A stretch of 64,000 nt of DNA. Origin: an uncultured Gammaproteobacteria bacterium. GTDB lineage: Bacteria; Patescibacteriota; Patescibacteriia; 2-12-FULL-60-25. Under the pieces are notes generated by a model, which did no database searches, had not been told where the DNA came from, and saw only the letters and a program-made list of their open reading frames with translations. Where the stretch lies: positions 42 through 64,041 of the forward strand of contig CAZQSK010000005.1 in assembly GCA_964596245.1 (NCBI GenBank), in the 5' to 3' direction. Of this stretch, positions 19,398 through 27,298 are shown in pieces. The first letter of the stretch is position 1, and the number at the start of each line of letters is the position of its first letter. A program made the position numbers and the translations under genes.

Positions 19398-19694
19398 TCA
19401 AAACATCTGTGGCTGTACCGCTGGTTCATCAATGCCCAGCTGAACGGCTAACAGTTTCACAAACGCCTCCCGACTGAGCGGGAGGCGTATTGTTTTCTTT
19501 TTATTTGTGAGCCCGTTTACGATTTCAATCTCCTTTCTGGAGACCGAACAGGTCTTGGCGAGCAACTCGACGAGCGCTTGATTTGCCTTGCCATCAACCG
19601 GCGGCGCGGCAAGCTTGATTTTCAAACTACCGTCAGCCATCCAGCCGACGATTTCCGTTTTTGAAGAATTGGGAACGACGCGAACGGTCAACAT
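19398..19694 (-). CDS. DUF167 (YggU-like) family protein
   Basis: Contains 'VRVVPNSSKTEIVG...LKIKLAAPPVDGKANQALVELLAK...EIEIVNG'. ATG 19694 overlaps the tig stop (TAATG). The 3' end is uncertain because the ORF reads through the terminator hairpin. Confidence 0.75.
   Translation of the reverse strand: MLTVRVVPNSSKTEIVGWMADGSLKIKLAAPPVDGKANQALVELLAKTCSVSRKEIEIVNGLTNKKKTIRLPLSREAFVKLLAVQLGIDEPAVQPQMF
19463..19505 (+). terminator. strong rho-independent terminator (+ orientation) embedded in the 3' end of the minus-strand DUF167 ORF
   Basis: 10-bp stem acgcctcccg/cgggaggcgt (19463-19488), then 'attgttttcttttta'. Confidence 0.75.
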
Positions 19695-20977
19695 TATTTT
19701 ATACACTGCTTCTTCAACCAATCGAGCGTTTTGCGATTGCGCATCTGAATGCTCATGTACTCGCGATAGTCCGGAGAGATTACGCGCTCGCGCGTTTCCG
19801 TGTCCGTCTCTTTCAAGCTCGCGAGAATGCGATCGGTCTCGGCATCGAGCTCGTCGTCGCTGACTGTGACTTTCTCCTGCATCGCAAAATTCTTGATGAG
19901 GACGGCAGTACGGATGCGGCGGATGGCCTGCTGGGTGAAGTCGAGCTTGAGCTCGTCCTTGGTCTTCTTGATCTGCTGAAGGTAGGTCGGCATGTCCATT
20001 CCCTGGTCTTCGAGGCCGGTTTCGAGCTCCAACATCATGCGTCGCACCTCTTCGTTGATCAAAAGGTCAGGAATTTCGCCAAAGCTAGCGGCATCAGTGA
20101 GTTTTTCCAACATTTCGATCTCGGCGGCCTCACTAGAGCGGGAGTCCATCTCAGCCTGCATGTTTTCCTTCAATTTGGCACGAAGCTGAGCGAGATTCTC
20201 CAAGCCGACGATCTTAGCGAATTCGTCATCGACTTTCGGCAGCTGAAGCTCGAACACTTCGGCTGCTTTGACCTTGAAGTCGACATTCTGACCGGCCAAG
20301 TGTTTCTGGAAGTGCTCCTTCGGGAACGGGAGGGTGAACATTTTTTCGTCCCCCGGTTTCATGCCGACGAGCTGATCAGCCAAACCCGGAATGTAGTTCG
20401 GCTCATTCAAGTACACGCGATACCCATTTCCATTGCCGCCTTCAAGGGCGACCTTGTCTTTGGTCATCTCCATGTCCACGATCACCATGTCATCCAATGT
20501 GGCGGCGCGATCAACCGGAGTTTCGACGCGGCGCATTTTACGCATTTCATCCAACGCTTCTTCGACCATGGCATCATTCGCTTCCTTTTTCTTGGCATCG
20601 ATCTTACAAGCGGCCAAATCCGGCATCTTGGTGACTTCCGGCGTGATCGGGGAGATGGTCGAAAAGACCAAAGGCTGACCCGGGGTCATCTTATCGATAT
20701 TGACGGACGGGGAGCCAACCGTGTCGATCTTGTCCGTCAAAACAGCCTTCACATAAGCCGAACGCACAATGCGTTCCAAAGCCGTTTCAAGAATTTTCAT
20801 CTCGCCGTAGTTGCGAGCGGCGTCTTCGTAGGTGACGTGACCAGGTCGAAAACCCGGAAGCGGGTTCGCGGTGCTGAGCTCTTTTACGGCTTCCTCGCGT
20901 GCAGCGCGGGTTTCATCCCAGGGGATTTCGAATTCCAGTTTGACTTCGCCCTTGGGGAGACGTGTGAGTTTATGCAT
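19694..20977 (-). CDS. tig: trigger factor
   Basis: 427 aa. Typical N-terminus 'KGEVKLEFEIPWDE', 'LPGFRPGHV' and PPIase-like middle region. Confidence 0.92.
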   Translation of the reverse strand: MHKLTRLPKGEVKLEFEIPWDETRAAREEAVKELSTANPLPGFRPGHVTYEDAARNYGEMKILETALERIVRSAYVKAVLTDKIDTVGSPSVNIDKMTPGQPLVFSTISPITPEVTKMPDLAACKIDAKKKEANDAMVEEALDEMRKMRRVETPVDRAATLDDMVIVDMEMTKDKVALEGGNGNGYRVYLNEPNYIPGLADQLVGMKPGDEKMFTLPFPKEHFQKHLAGQNVDFKVKAAEVFELQLPKVDDEFAKIVGLENLAQLRAKLKENMQAEMDSRSSEAAEIEMLEKLTDAASFGEIPDLLINEEVRRMMLELETGLEDQGMDMPTYLQQIKKTKDELKLDFTQQAIRRIRTAVLIKNFAMQEKVTVSDDELDAETDRILASLKETDTETRERVISPDYREYMSIQMRNRKTLDWLKKQCIK

Positions 20978-21020
20978 AGAATTAGCCGAGAATAGGCGTA
21001 TTTAGCAATTTCGTCAACCC

Positions 21021-21049
21021 TTGCCATGTTGGGCTTTTTCCTTTATTCT
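21021..21049 (+). promoter_or_regulatory. promoter TTGCCA-17-TATTCT upstream of ychF
   Basis: TTGCCA 21021-21026 and TATTCT 21044-21049. ATG lies 11 nt after the -10 (near-leaderless). Confidence 0.45.
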
Positions 21050-21060
21050 CCGCAGGAATT

Positions 21061-22143
21061 ATGGCACTCCAAATCGGCATTGTCGGTCTTCCGAACGTGG
21101 GTAAGTCCACGCTTTTTTCGGCCATCACCAAAAAGCAGGTGGATTGTGCCAACTACCCCTTCTGCACCATCGACCCGAATGTGGGCGTGGTTGAAGTTCC
21201 GGATGAGCGCCTCGCCGTGCTCGCCAAGATCAGCAACACAAAGAAAATCATTCCGACCGTGATCGAGTTCGTCGACATCGCCGGCTTGGTAAAGGGCGCT
21301 TCCGAAGGCCAAGGCTTGGGCAACAAGTTCCTTGCGAACATTCGTGAGACGGACGCCATCGCTCAGGTGGTGCGCGCGTTTGATGATTCAAATATTTTGC
21401 ACGTGGATGGTTCCGTGAATCCGGTACGTGATGCAGATACCATCAACACCGAGCTCGCATTGGCTGATATGGATGTTCTCGCCAAGCGTTCTTCGACGAT
21501 CGAGAAACAAATGAAGAGCGGCAAGACGAAAGAGCTCGAAGCTGAGTTCGCGGCAGTCGCAAAAGCCATCGCGTCTTTGAATGCCGGCACCATGCTTCGC
21601 GATGTTGAATGGACCGAAGACGAACGTTTTGCCTTGCGTGTGTTGCAATTGCTCACGATGAAGCCGATGCTTTATGTCGTGAACGTCAGCGAGGCTCAGC
21701 TTGGTGATGGAACGTGGAAAGAGCGCGTGAAAGATTTGAAAGGTCGCATCGTGCCTGTCTGTGTGAAGATGGAAGCCGACCTTTCATCCATGCCTGAAGC
21801 GGAAAAGAAAGAATATCTTGAGATGGCCAACCAAACCGAATCCGGTTTGGAGCGTTTGATTAAGGAAGCCTACGACGTGCTCGGTTTGATTACCTTCCTC
21901 ACCACCGGTGAAGTCGAAACGCGCGCGTGGACCACGGTGAAAGGCTCGACCGCGCCGCAAGCCGCCGGCCGCATCCACACAGATTTTGAAAAGAATTTCA
22001 TCCGCGCAGAAATCACGCCGTACAAGGATTTCGTCGAATGCGGCAGCGAAGCCGCCTGTCGTGAGAAGGGGAAGACGCGTATCGAAGGGAAAGATTACGT
22101 CATGCAGGACGGAGACGTTTGCTATTTCCGTATCGGAGCATAA
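21061..22143 (+). CDS. ychF: redox-regulated/ribosome-binding ATPase YchF
   Basis: Starts '[19 protein letters not shown]'. C-terminal TGS-like 'DGDVCYFR'. Confidence 0.95.
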   Translation: MALQIGIVGLPNVGKSTLFSAITKKQVDCANYPFCTIDPNVGVVEVPDERLAVLAKISNTKKIIPTVIEFVDIAGLVKGASEGQGLGNKFLANIRETDAIAQVVRAFDDSNILHVDGSVNPVRDADTINTELALADMDVLAKRSSTIEKQMKSGKTKELEAEFAAVAKAIASLNAGTMLRDVEWTEDERFALRVLQLLTMKPMLYVVNVSEAQLGDGTWKERVKDLKGRIVPVCVKMEADLSSMPEAEKKEYLEMANQTESGLERLIKEAYDVLGLITFLTTGEVETRAWTTVKGSTAPQAAGRIHTDFEKNFIRAEITPYKDFVECGSEAACREKGKTRIEGKDYVMQDGDVCYFRIGA

Positions 22144-22156
22144 GAATGGGTGGGCT

Positions 22157-23443
22157 ATGAAGGTTGCAGTCATCGGAACTGGATATGTCGGCCTTGTGTC
22201 GGGCGCTTGCTTGGCCGAGCTTGGCCACAAAGTGTCTTGTGTAGACGTTGATCCGGCCAAAATCGAGAAGCTGCGCCAAGGCGTGATGCCGATTTACGAA
22301 CCGGGCCTCGAAGAGCTGGTGAAGCGCAATGTGGCGAATGGTCGCCTCGCATTTACTACCGATTACACACAGGCCGTACCGGATGCCGAGTTCATTTCCA
22401 TTGCCGTCGGAACTCCATCAGCCGAAGACGGCTCGGCCGACATGCAATATGTGTTTGCCGCCGCAGAAATGATCGGCAAGCATTTGAAGCGCTACACCGT
22501 TGTTGCTGACAAGAGCACGGTGCCTGTCGGAACAGCCGAGCGCGTGACGGAAATCATCAAGAGCGTGTACGCCGGAGAGTTTGATGTGATTTCCAATCCG
22601 GAAATTCTGCGCGAAGGACATGCCGTGTCCGATTTCATGAATCCGACGCGCATTATCATCGGTTCGCCGTCCGAGCGCGCCACTCAAGCCGCACTTAAGC
22701 TCTACACCTATCTTGTTTGTCCCAAGCTTGTGATGTCGCAACGTTCTGCTGAGCTCACGAAGTACGCAGCCAATGCGTTTCTCGCGACCAAGATCAGCTT
22801 TATCAATGAGATCGCGCATCTCGCTGAAGAACTTGGCGCCGATGTTGAAGAAGTCGCCGCCGGAATCGGTTCTGATCCGCGCATTGGAAAAGATTTTTTG
22901 CGTGCAGGCCTCGGATGGGGAGGCTCATGCTTCCCGAAAGACGTTCGCGCCATTCGTCACAAGGCGTCGAGTGTTGGATTGGAGATGCCGATCGTTGCCG
23001 CCGCGCTTGAGATGAACGCCAAGGCAAAATCGCGCGTGGTTTCGCGTATCGAAAAAGCGCTCGGAGGCTTGTCCGGAAAGAAAATCGCTTTGTTGGGTCT
23101 TTCATTCAAGAACAACACCGACGACACGCGCGAATCAGCGGCTATCGAACTGCTCAAGCATTTCTTAAATGCCGGTGCGCAGGTTTCTGCTTATGATCCG
23201 GCCGCAGCTTTGTATGACAAAGAGCTCGAGACGCGCTTTGCACGCGTACCGTCCGCGCTGGATGCTGTGCGCGACGCTGACGCCCTGATTCTTGCCACCG
23301 AATGGGACGAGTTCCGCAGCTTGGATGTGCCGGCTATCAAATCAGCCATGAAGGGGAGCGTGATCATGGATGCCCGTAACCTGCTTGATCCGGATCAGGC
23401 TCGCAAAAATGGCTTTACCTACCTCTCCATCGGCCGCCCCTAG
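22157..23443 (+). CDS. ugd: UDP-glucose 6-dehydrogenase
   Basis: 'MKVAVIGTGYVGLVSGACLAELGH' Rossmann fold and catalytic 'GGSCFPKD'. The track ORF starts earlier (21986), overlapping ychF. Confidence 0.92.
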   Translation: MKVAVIGTGYVGLVSGACLAELGHKVSCVDVDPAKIEKLRQGVMPIYEPGLEELVKRNVANGRLAFTTDYTQAVPDAEFISIAVGTPSAEDGSADMQYVFAAAEMIGKHLKRYTVVADKSTVPVGTAERVTEIIKSVYAGEFDVISNPEILREGHAVSDFMNPTRIIIGSPSERATQAALKLYTYLVCPKLVMSQRSAELTKYAANAFLATKISFINEIAHLAEELGADVEEVAAGIGSDPRIGKDFLRAGLGWGGSCFPKDVRAIRHKASSVGLEMPIVAAALEMNAKAKSRVVSRIEKALGGLSGKKIALLGLSFKNNTDDTRESAAIELLKHFLNAGAQVSAYDPAAALYDKELETRFARVPSALDAVRDADALILATEWDEFRSLDVPAIKSAMKGSVIMDARNLLDPDQARKNGFTYLSIGRP

Positions 23444-23476
23444 GCGGCCTTTGCGTTTTATGGAACGTGGTATGTC

Positions 23477-24709
23477 ATGCGCGTTGCGCGCTGGCTTTGT
23501 CTTGGATTTTTGGCAGGCGTGGCGATCCATTCGTTACGGCCTCATCTTGAATTCGATCCTTTGCTTCTTGGAATAGCGGCCAGCGCCTCGATTCTTGGAG
23601 TCTTGTTTCGTCGTTATCTATTAATATGTTGTTTTGTTTTTGCGTGCGCACTCGGCATGGCGCGCTTTGAGATGATTCGCTCTTCGCTTTCGCCAAGTAT
23701 CGCGCCATTCAATCCTGAGGGCTTTGTGAAATCATGGGAGAAACCGGACGCCCAAGATGCGTTCTCGGTTTGGATTATGGGCCAACGCTCTTTTCTCACG
23801 GCTAGAATCCAAACCGCTTTGCCAGGCGATGAAGGGCAGCTCTTGGCTGGGATGTTGTATGGGGAGCGTGGATTATCTAAGCAAAGAAAAGACGGATTTA
23901 AACGAGCAGGGCTTACGCATCTGATCGCCGTCTCAGGCTCGAACGTCACCATCATCGTGGTCTTTGTCTCGCGACTGCTTGTCTTGTTGAAACGAGACAA
24001 ACGGGAATCATTCATGTGGCTAACGGTCGGACTTATGTCCTTTGTATTATTTGTTTTGCCACAAGCGCCGGTTGTTCGTGCTGCCATCATGGGTTGGTTA
24101 TTTGCTTTGGCTCCGCTTGTTGGACGCATAGCGCACCCGTGGCATGTATTGAGATTGGCGGCTGTCGCTTACATCGCATGGCAACCGACGGCTTTATTAT
24201 TCGAACCATCATTCGCTTTATCTTTTCTCGCGACGATCGGTCTTATGGTGTGGGGGAGTTGGTTGGATGAAGTGCTTGAAGCGAGAATCCCTTCGGCCGT
24301 ATTGCGAGAAGCGGTTACATCGACCTTCGGCGCAACGCTCCTCACCACGCCCTACACTATGTGGGCCTTTGGTCAGGCGAGTGCACTTGGGTTGGTCGCG
24401 AATCTTGTTGCTGTGCCACTCGTGCCTTGGGCCATGGCGCTTGGGTTCATCTTGCTCGTACTGCCCATAGCGCCCGTCGCGCTCGCAGCCAAAGGGTTCT
24501 TATATATCATATTATTTACCGCTGACGCTGCCGCCAGCCTGGGGCTTGGATACTGGAAAGAGGTCATTGTTTCGTCGGGGTTCATGCTTGGCTGTTATTT
24601 TAATATCTGGCTTATCCACAGATTTTTGTCAGGCAAGACGCCTTTGTCGAATGTCTCGGACAGAATGATCAGGCTGTTACGCGGACCATTTTCTGCCCAG
24701 GAAGACTAG
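23477..24709 (+). CDS. comEC: ComEC/Rec2 family competence channel protein (competence domain only)
   Basis: Polytopic membrane protein with 'FKRAGLTHLIAVSGSNVTIIV'. No C-terminal metallo-beta-lactamase domain is seen. Confidence 0.85.
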   Translation: MRVARWLCLGFLAGVAIHSLRPHLEFDPLLLGIAASASILGVLFRRYLLICCFVFACALGMARFEMIRSSLSPSIAPFNPEGFVKSWEKPDAQDAFSVWIMGQRSFLTARIQTALPGDEGQLLAGMLYGERGLSKQRKDGFKRAGLTHLIAVSGSNVTIIVVFVSRLLVLLKRDKRESFMWLTVGLMSFVLFVLPQAPVVRAAIMGWLFALAPLVGRIAHPWHVLRLAAVAYIAWQPTALLFEPSFALSFLATIGLMVWGSWLDEVLEARIPSAVLREAVTSTFGATLLTTPYTMWAFGQASALGLVANLVAVPLVPWAMALGFILLVLPIAPVALAAKGFLYIILFTADAAASLGLGYWKEVIVSSGFMLGCYFNIWLIHRFLSGKTPLSNVSDRMIRLLRGPFSAQED

Positions 24710-24746
24710 GCTGTTTTGCCCTGTTCGCATCAACAAACAAATATTT

Positions 24747-24774
24747 TTGACGGCGTTTCTGCATGCCGTAGCGT
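24747..24774 (+). promoter_or_regulatory. possible promoter TTGACG-16-TAGCGT at the left edge of the GC-rich block
   Basis: TTGACG 24747-24752 and TAGCGT 24769-24774. It would give a ~430-nt leader before the lipoprotein gene. Confidence 0.35.
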
Positions 24775-25074
24775 GGAAAGCAGGTCGAGAGACCTTGGAC
24801 AGAACGGTTGTACGCACGGATCACAGGTTGGTGGTGGCGCCCGAACAGAAACGATTCGGGAATGGGCCACCGCTTCGCGGAATGTTCTGCGGGGCGCCAT
24901 AAGGCATACGGAAATCCGTCCGACAGCGACGCGTGGAAGCTTGGTTGGCCGGGGAATAATCTGCCTTCGACACGAAATCGAAGCGGACGCCGCCGGAACA
25001 TCGAGCTTGGACTGATCGAGCTTGTCTCGCCGCAGACCTCTCACGTCGTGCCGCTCTGTGATCCACGCAAATCT

Positions 25075-25104
25075 GGACGGGCGCTTCCGACCAAGCGCCC
25101 GTCC
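25075..25104. other. 12-bp perfect GC-rich stem-loop in an unassigned GC-rich spacer
   Basis: ggacgggcgctt-ccgacc-aagcgcccgtcc. There is no flanking U-run on either strand. Confidence 0.6.
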
Positions 25105-25207
25105 ATGATCGGCCTTCGCTCCCGCGTCCAGAACTAGTAGTGGATGCGGTCGGCGGAGGTCAGATCGAATGGTTCGATCGGTTGTCCGCTCCTTGTTGGA
25201 GGTCGTC

Positions 25208-26083
25208 ATGCTACGTTTGTTCATTCACATCGTGTTCGCGTGTCTGATGTTCGCCTGCGCCAGCGGTGGCCCGGGTCCCCGCAGCCACGCGCGTCGTACC
25301 GATGCAGGCCCCGTCGCATTCGATGCAGCGGCTCCGCTTCCGCGTGATGCCGGATCTCTTCCGCCGGTTCTCACGGATGCGGCCCCACCGCCGATCTTCG
25401 TCGATGCGGGTTTGCTGCTCATGCCTCGGGACGCGGGATCGCGTACGGATGCACGGGTGTCGCCCGTGACTCCGGCTCGCGAGACCTGCGACGGCCTCGA
25501 CGAGGATCTCGATGGCCGCATCGACGAAGACTTCCTGTGTCCCATGGGACATGTGGGGGAGATCTGCGTCACGAGTTGCGGAGCCGCCGGGTTCCGCGTG
25601 TGCGCAGCGCCAAGTTGCTCGTGGAGCGAGGCGTGTCTGCCCTTCGACGAGTCCTGCGACACCATCGACAACGATTGTGATGGTGTCGTGGACGAAGGCT
25701 GCGCACCCGCAGAACATCGACTTCGTATCGCACTCAGCGCATCGATGCGTTCGGCATGTCCTGCGGGCTGGCGCATTCGGTTGTGGCTTTCGAGCCCGCC
25801 CGAAGAGTCCATCCGTGGGGCCGCGCTCGAGCGATCGATCCCCGAGGGCCATGGTCCTTGGAGCTCGATCACTCTGTGGTGTGACGAGCGCAGGCCCGAA
25901 TGGCAAACCTGGGACTCGGCCGACCGAACCGCCTTGGGAAGCGGAGCCTTCGACGAGCTTTCGCTCGATGGAGTCGACCTTCGTGGTTCCACGAGCCTCT
26001 GCGAGGACCCGGAATCCCCGGGCTCGGGCTATCGTCCCATCATCATGTGGGATCCGATCCGTCGGGGGAGCTGTCCGCCGTAG
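25208..26083 (+). CDS. GC-rich putative lipoprotein with Cys/Asp-rich 'CDG.D.DCDG..DE' repeats (MopE-like putative metal-binding motif)
   Basis: GGAGG lies 5 nt upstream of ATG 25208 (alternative ATG 25169 also follows a GGAGG). Signal sequence 'MLRLFIHIVFACLMFACASGG'. Motifs 'CDGLDEDLDGRIDED' and 'CDTIDNDCDGVVDEGC'. Very high GC3. Confidence 0.75.
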   Translation: MLRLFIHIVFACLMFACASGGPGPRSHARRTDAGPVAFDAAAPLPRDAGSLPPVLTDAAPPPIFVDAGLLLMPRDAGSRTDARVSPVTPARETCDGLDEDLDGRIDEDFLCPMGHVGEICVTSCGAAGFRVCAAPSCSWSEACLPFDESCDTIDNDCDGVVDEGCAPAEHRLRIALSASMRSACPAGWRIRLWLSSPPEESIRGAALERSIPEGHGPWSSITLWCDERRPEWQTWDSADRTALGSGAFDELSLDGVDLRGSTSLCEDPESPGSGYRPIIMWDPIRRGSCPP

Positions 26084-26092
26084 CGATTTTCT

Positions 26093-26124
26093 GGGCTCCG
26101 CGTCTCACGGAGCCCTCTTTTATT
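26093..26124 (+). terminator. rho-independent terminator
   Basis: 8-bp stem gggctccg/cggagccc (26093-26115), then 'tcttttatt'. Confidence 0.75.
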
Positions 26125-26200
26125 CAGCCAAGAAAGTTATCCACTTCACATGTGGAAACGTGACCTATAAGGTATCGAACATAAATAGAACACTACCCCT

Positions 26201-27283
26201 ATGGCAAAGAAAAATGCTGACGTTCAGGACGGTCGTCGTGTCGCCGTACAAAGCGCTATCGATCAAATCAAAGAAAAGTTCGGCGAAGGCTCGATCATGA
26301 AGTTGGGCGAGGCCCGCAAGATGCAGGTCGACGCCATTCCGACCGGTTGTTTGTCCCTCGACCTCGCGCTCGGCGTCTTTGGTGTGCCGCGTGGACGTAT
26401 TGTGGAGATCTACGGCCCGGAAGCTTCCGGTAAAACGACATTGGCGCAGCACATTATTGCCGAAGCGCAGAAGGCCGGTGGCATCGCCGCCTTCGTCGAT
26501 GCAGAACATGCACTTGATCCAGACTACGCGCGCAAAATCGGCGTCGATGTCGACAACATGTTGATCTCGCAGCCTGATACGGGTGAACAAGCTCTGGATA
26601 TCGTGGAAACGCTTGTGCGTTCAAATGCGGTGGATGTGATCGTCGTCGACTCCGTGGCCGCGCTTACGCCAAAAGCGGAAATCGAAGGCGAAATGGGCGA
26701 TCAGCACATGGGTTTGCAGGCGCGTTTGATGAGCCAGGCGCTGCGTAAGCTCACCGGCATCGTCTCGCGCTCGCGCACGGTCGTGATTTTCATCAACCAG
26801 ATTCGTTTGAAGATCGGTGTCGTATTCGGCAATCCGGAAACAACCACCGGTGGCACGGCTTTGAAGTTCTACTCATCCCAGCGCATCGAAGTGCGCCGCA
26901 GCGCCCAGATTAAGATGGGGGAGAAGATTATCGGCAACCGTGTAAAGACCAAGATCGTGAAGAACAAGGTGGCAGCTCCGTTCCGCACCTGTGAATTCGA
27001 CATCATGTATAACGAGGGCATTTCTGTACCGGGCGACTTGCTTGATACGGGCACTGAACTCGGTGTTGTGACCAAGTCCGGCAATTCCTACTCCTTTGGC
27101 GCTGAGAAATTAGGCGTCGGTCGTGAGAATGCCAAGCTCGCGCTTAAGGAGCGCCCGGCTCTCATGAAAGAGATCCGTGAAAAGTCTTTGGCGGCCTGGC
27201 AGGAGCGCGAGAATGAGGGCAATACAGCGGCAAAATCAGATGAGGATGCCCCAGAAGATGACGGAACGTCGTCGGAAGCATAG
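26201..27283 (+). CDS. recA: recombinase RecA
   Basis: Walker A '[11 protein letters not shown]'. Canonical RecA sequence throughout, with an acidic C-tail. Confidence 0.97.
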   Translation: MAKKNADVQDGRRVAVQSAIDQIKEKFGEGSIMKLGEARKMQVDAIPTGCLSLDLALGVFGVPRGRIVEIYGPEASGKTTLAQHIIAEAQKAGGIAAFVDAEHALDPDYARKIGVDVDNMLISQPDTGEQALDIVETLVRSNAVDVIVVDSVAALTPKAEIEGEMGDQHMGLQARLMSQALRKLTGIVSRSRTVVIFINQIRLKIGVVFGNPETTTGGTALKFYSSQRIEVRRSAQIKMGEKIIGNRVKTKIVKNKVAAPFRTCEFDIMYNEGISVPGDLLDTGTELGVVTKSGNSYSFGAEKLGVGRENAKLALKERPALMKEIREKSLAAWQERENEGNTAAKSDEDAPEDDGTSSEA

Positions 27284-27298
27284 AATAGGGCCATTCCC

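Noticed and set aside
19661-20995. 444-aa plus-strand ORF antisense to tig; likewise 10013-10987 (+) antisense to the 9965-10909 gene and 16876-17772 (+) antisense to dnaA
   Set aside because: These are shadow ORFs opposite clearly identified or better-supported genes. They have no SD or promoter context.
24775-25207. RNase P RNA, tmRNA or riboswitch in the GC-rich spacer
   Set aside because: I could not find the conserved P4-type 'GAGGAAAGUCC', a tRNA-like tmRNA end, or a B12-box-like motif. It remains unassigned and is reported as a finding, not as an RNA gene.
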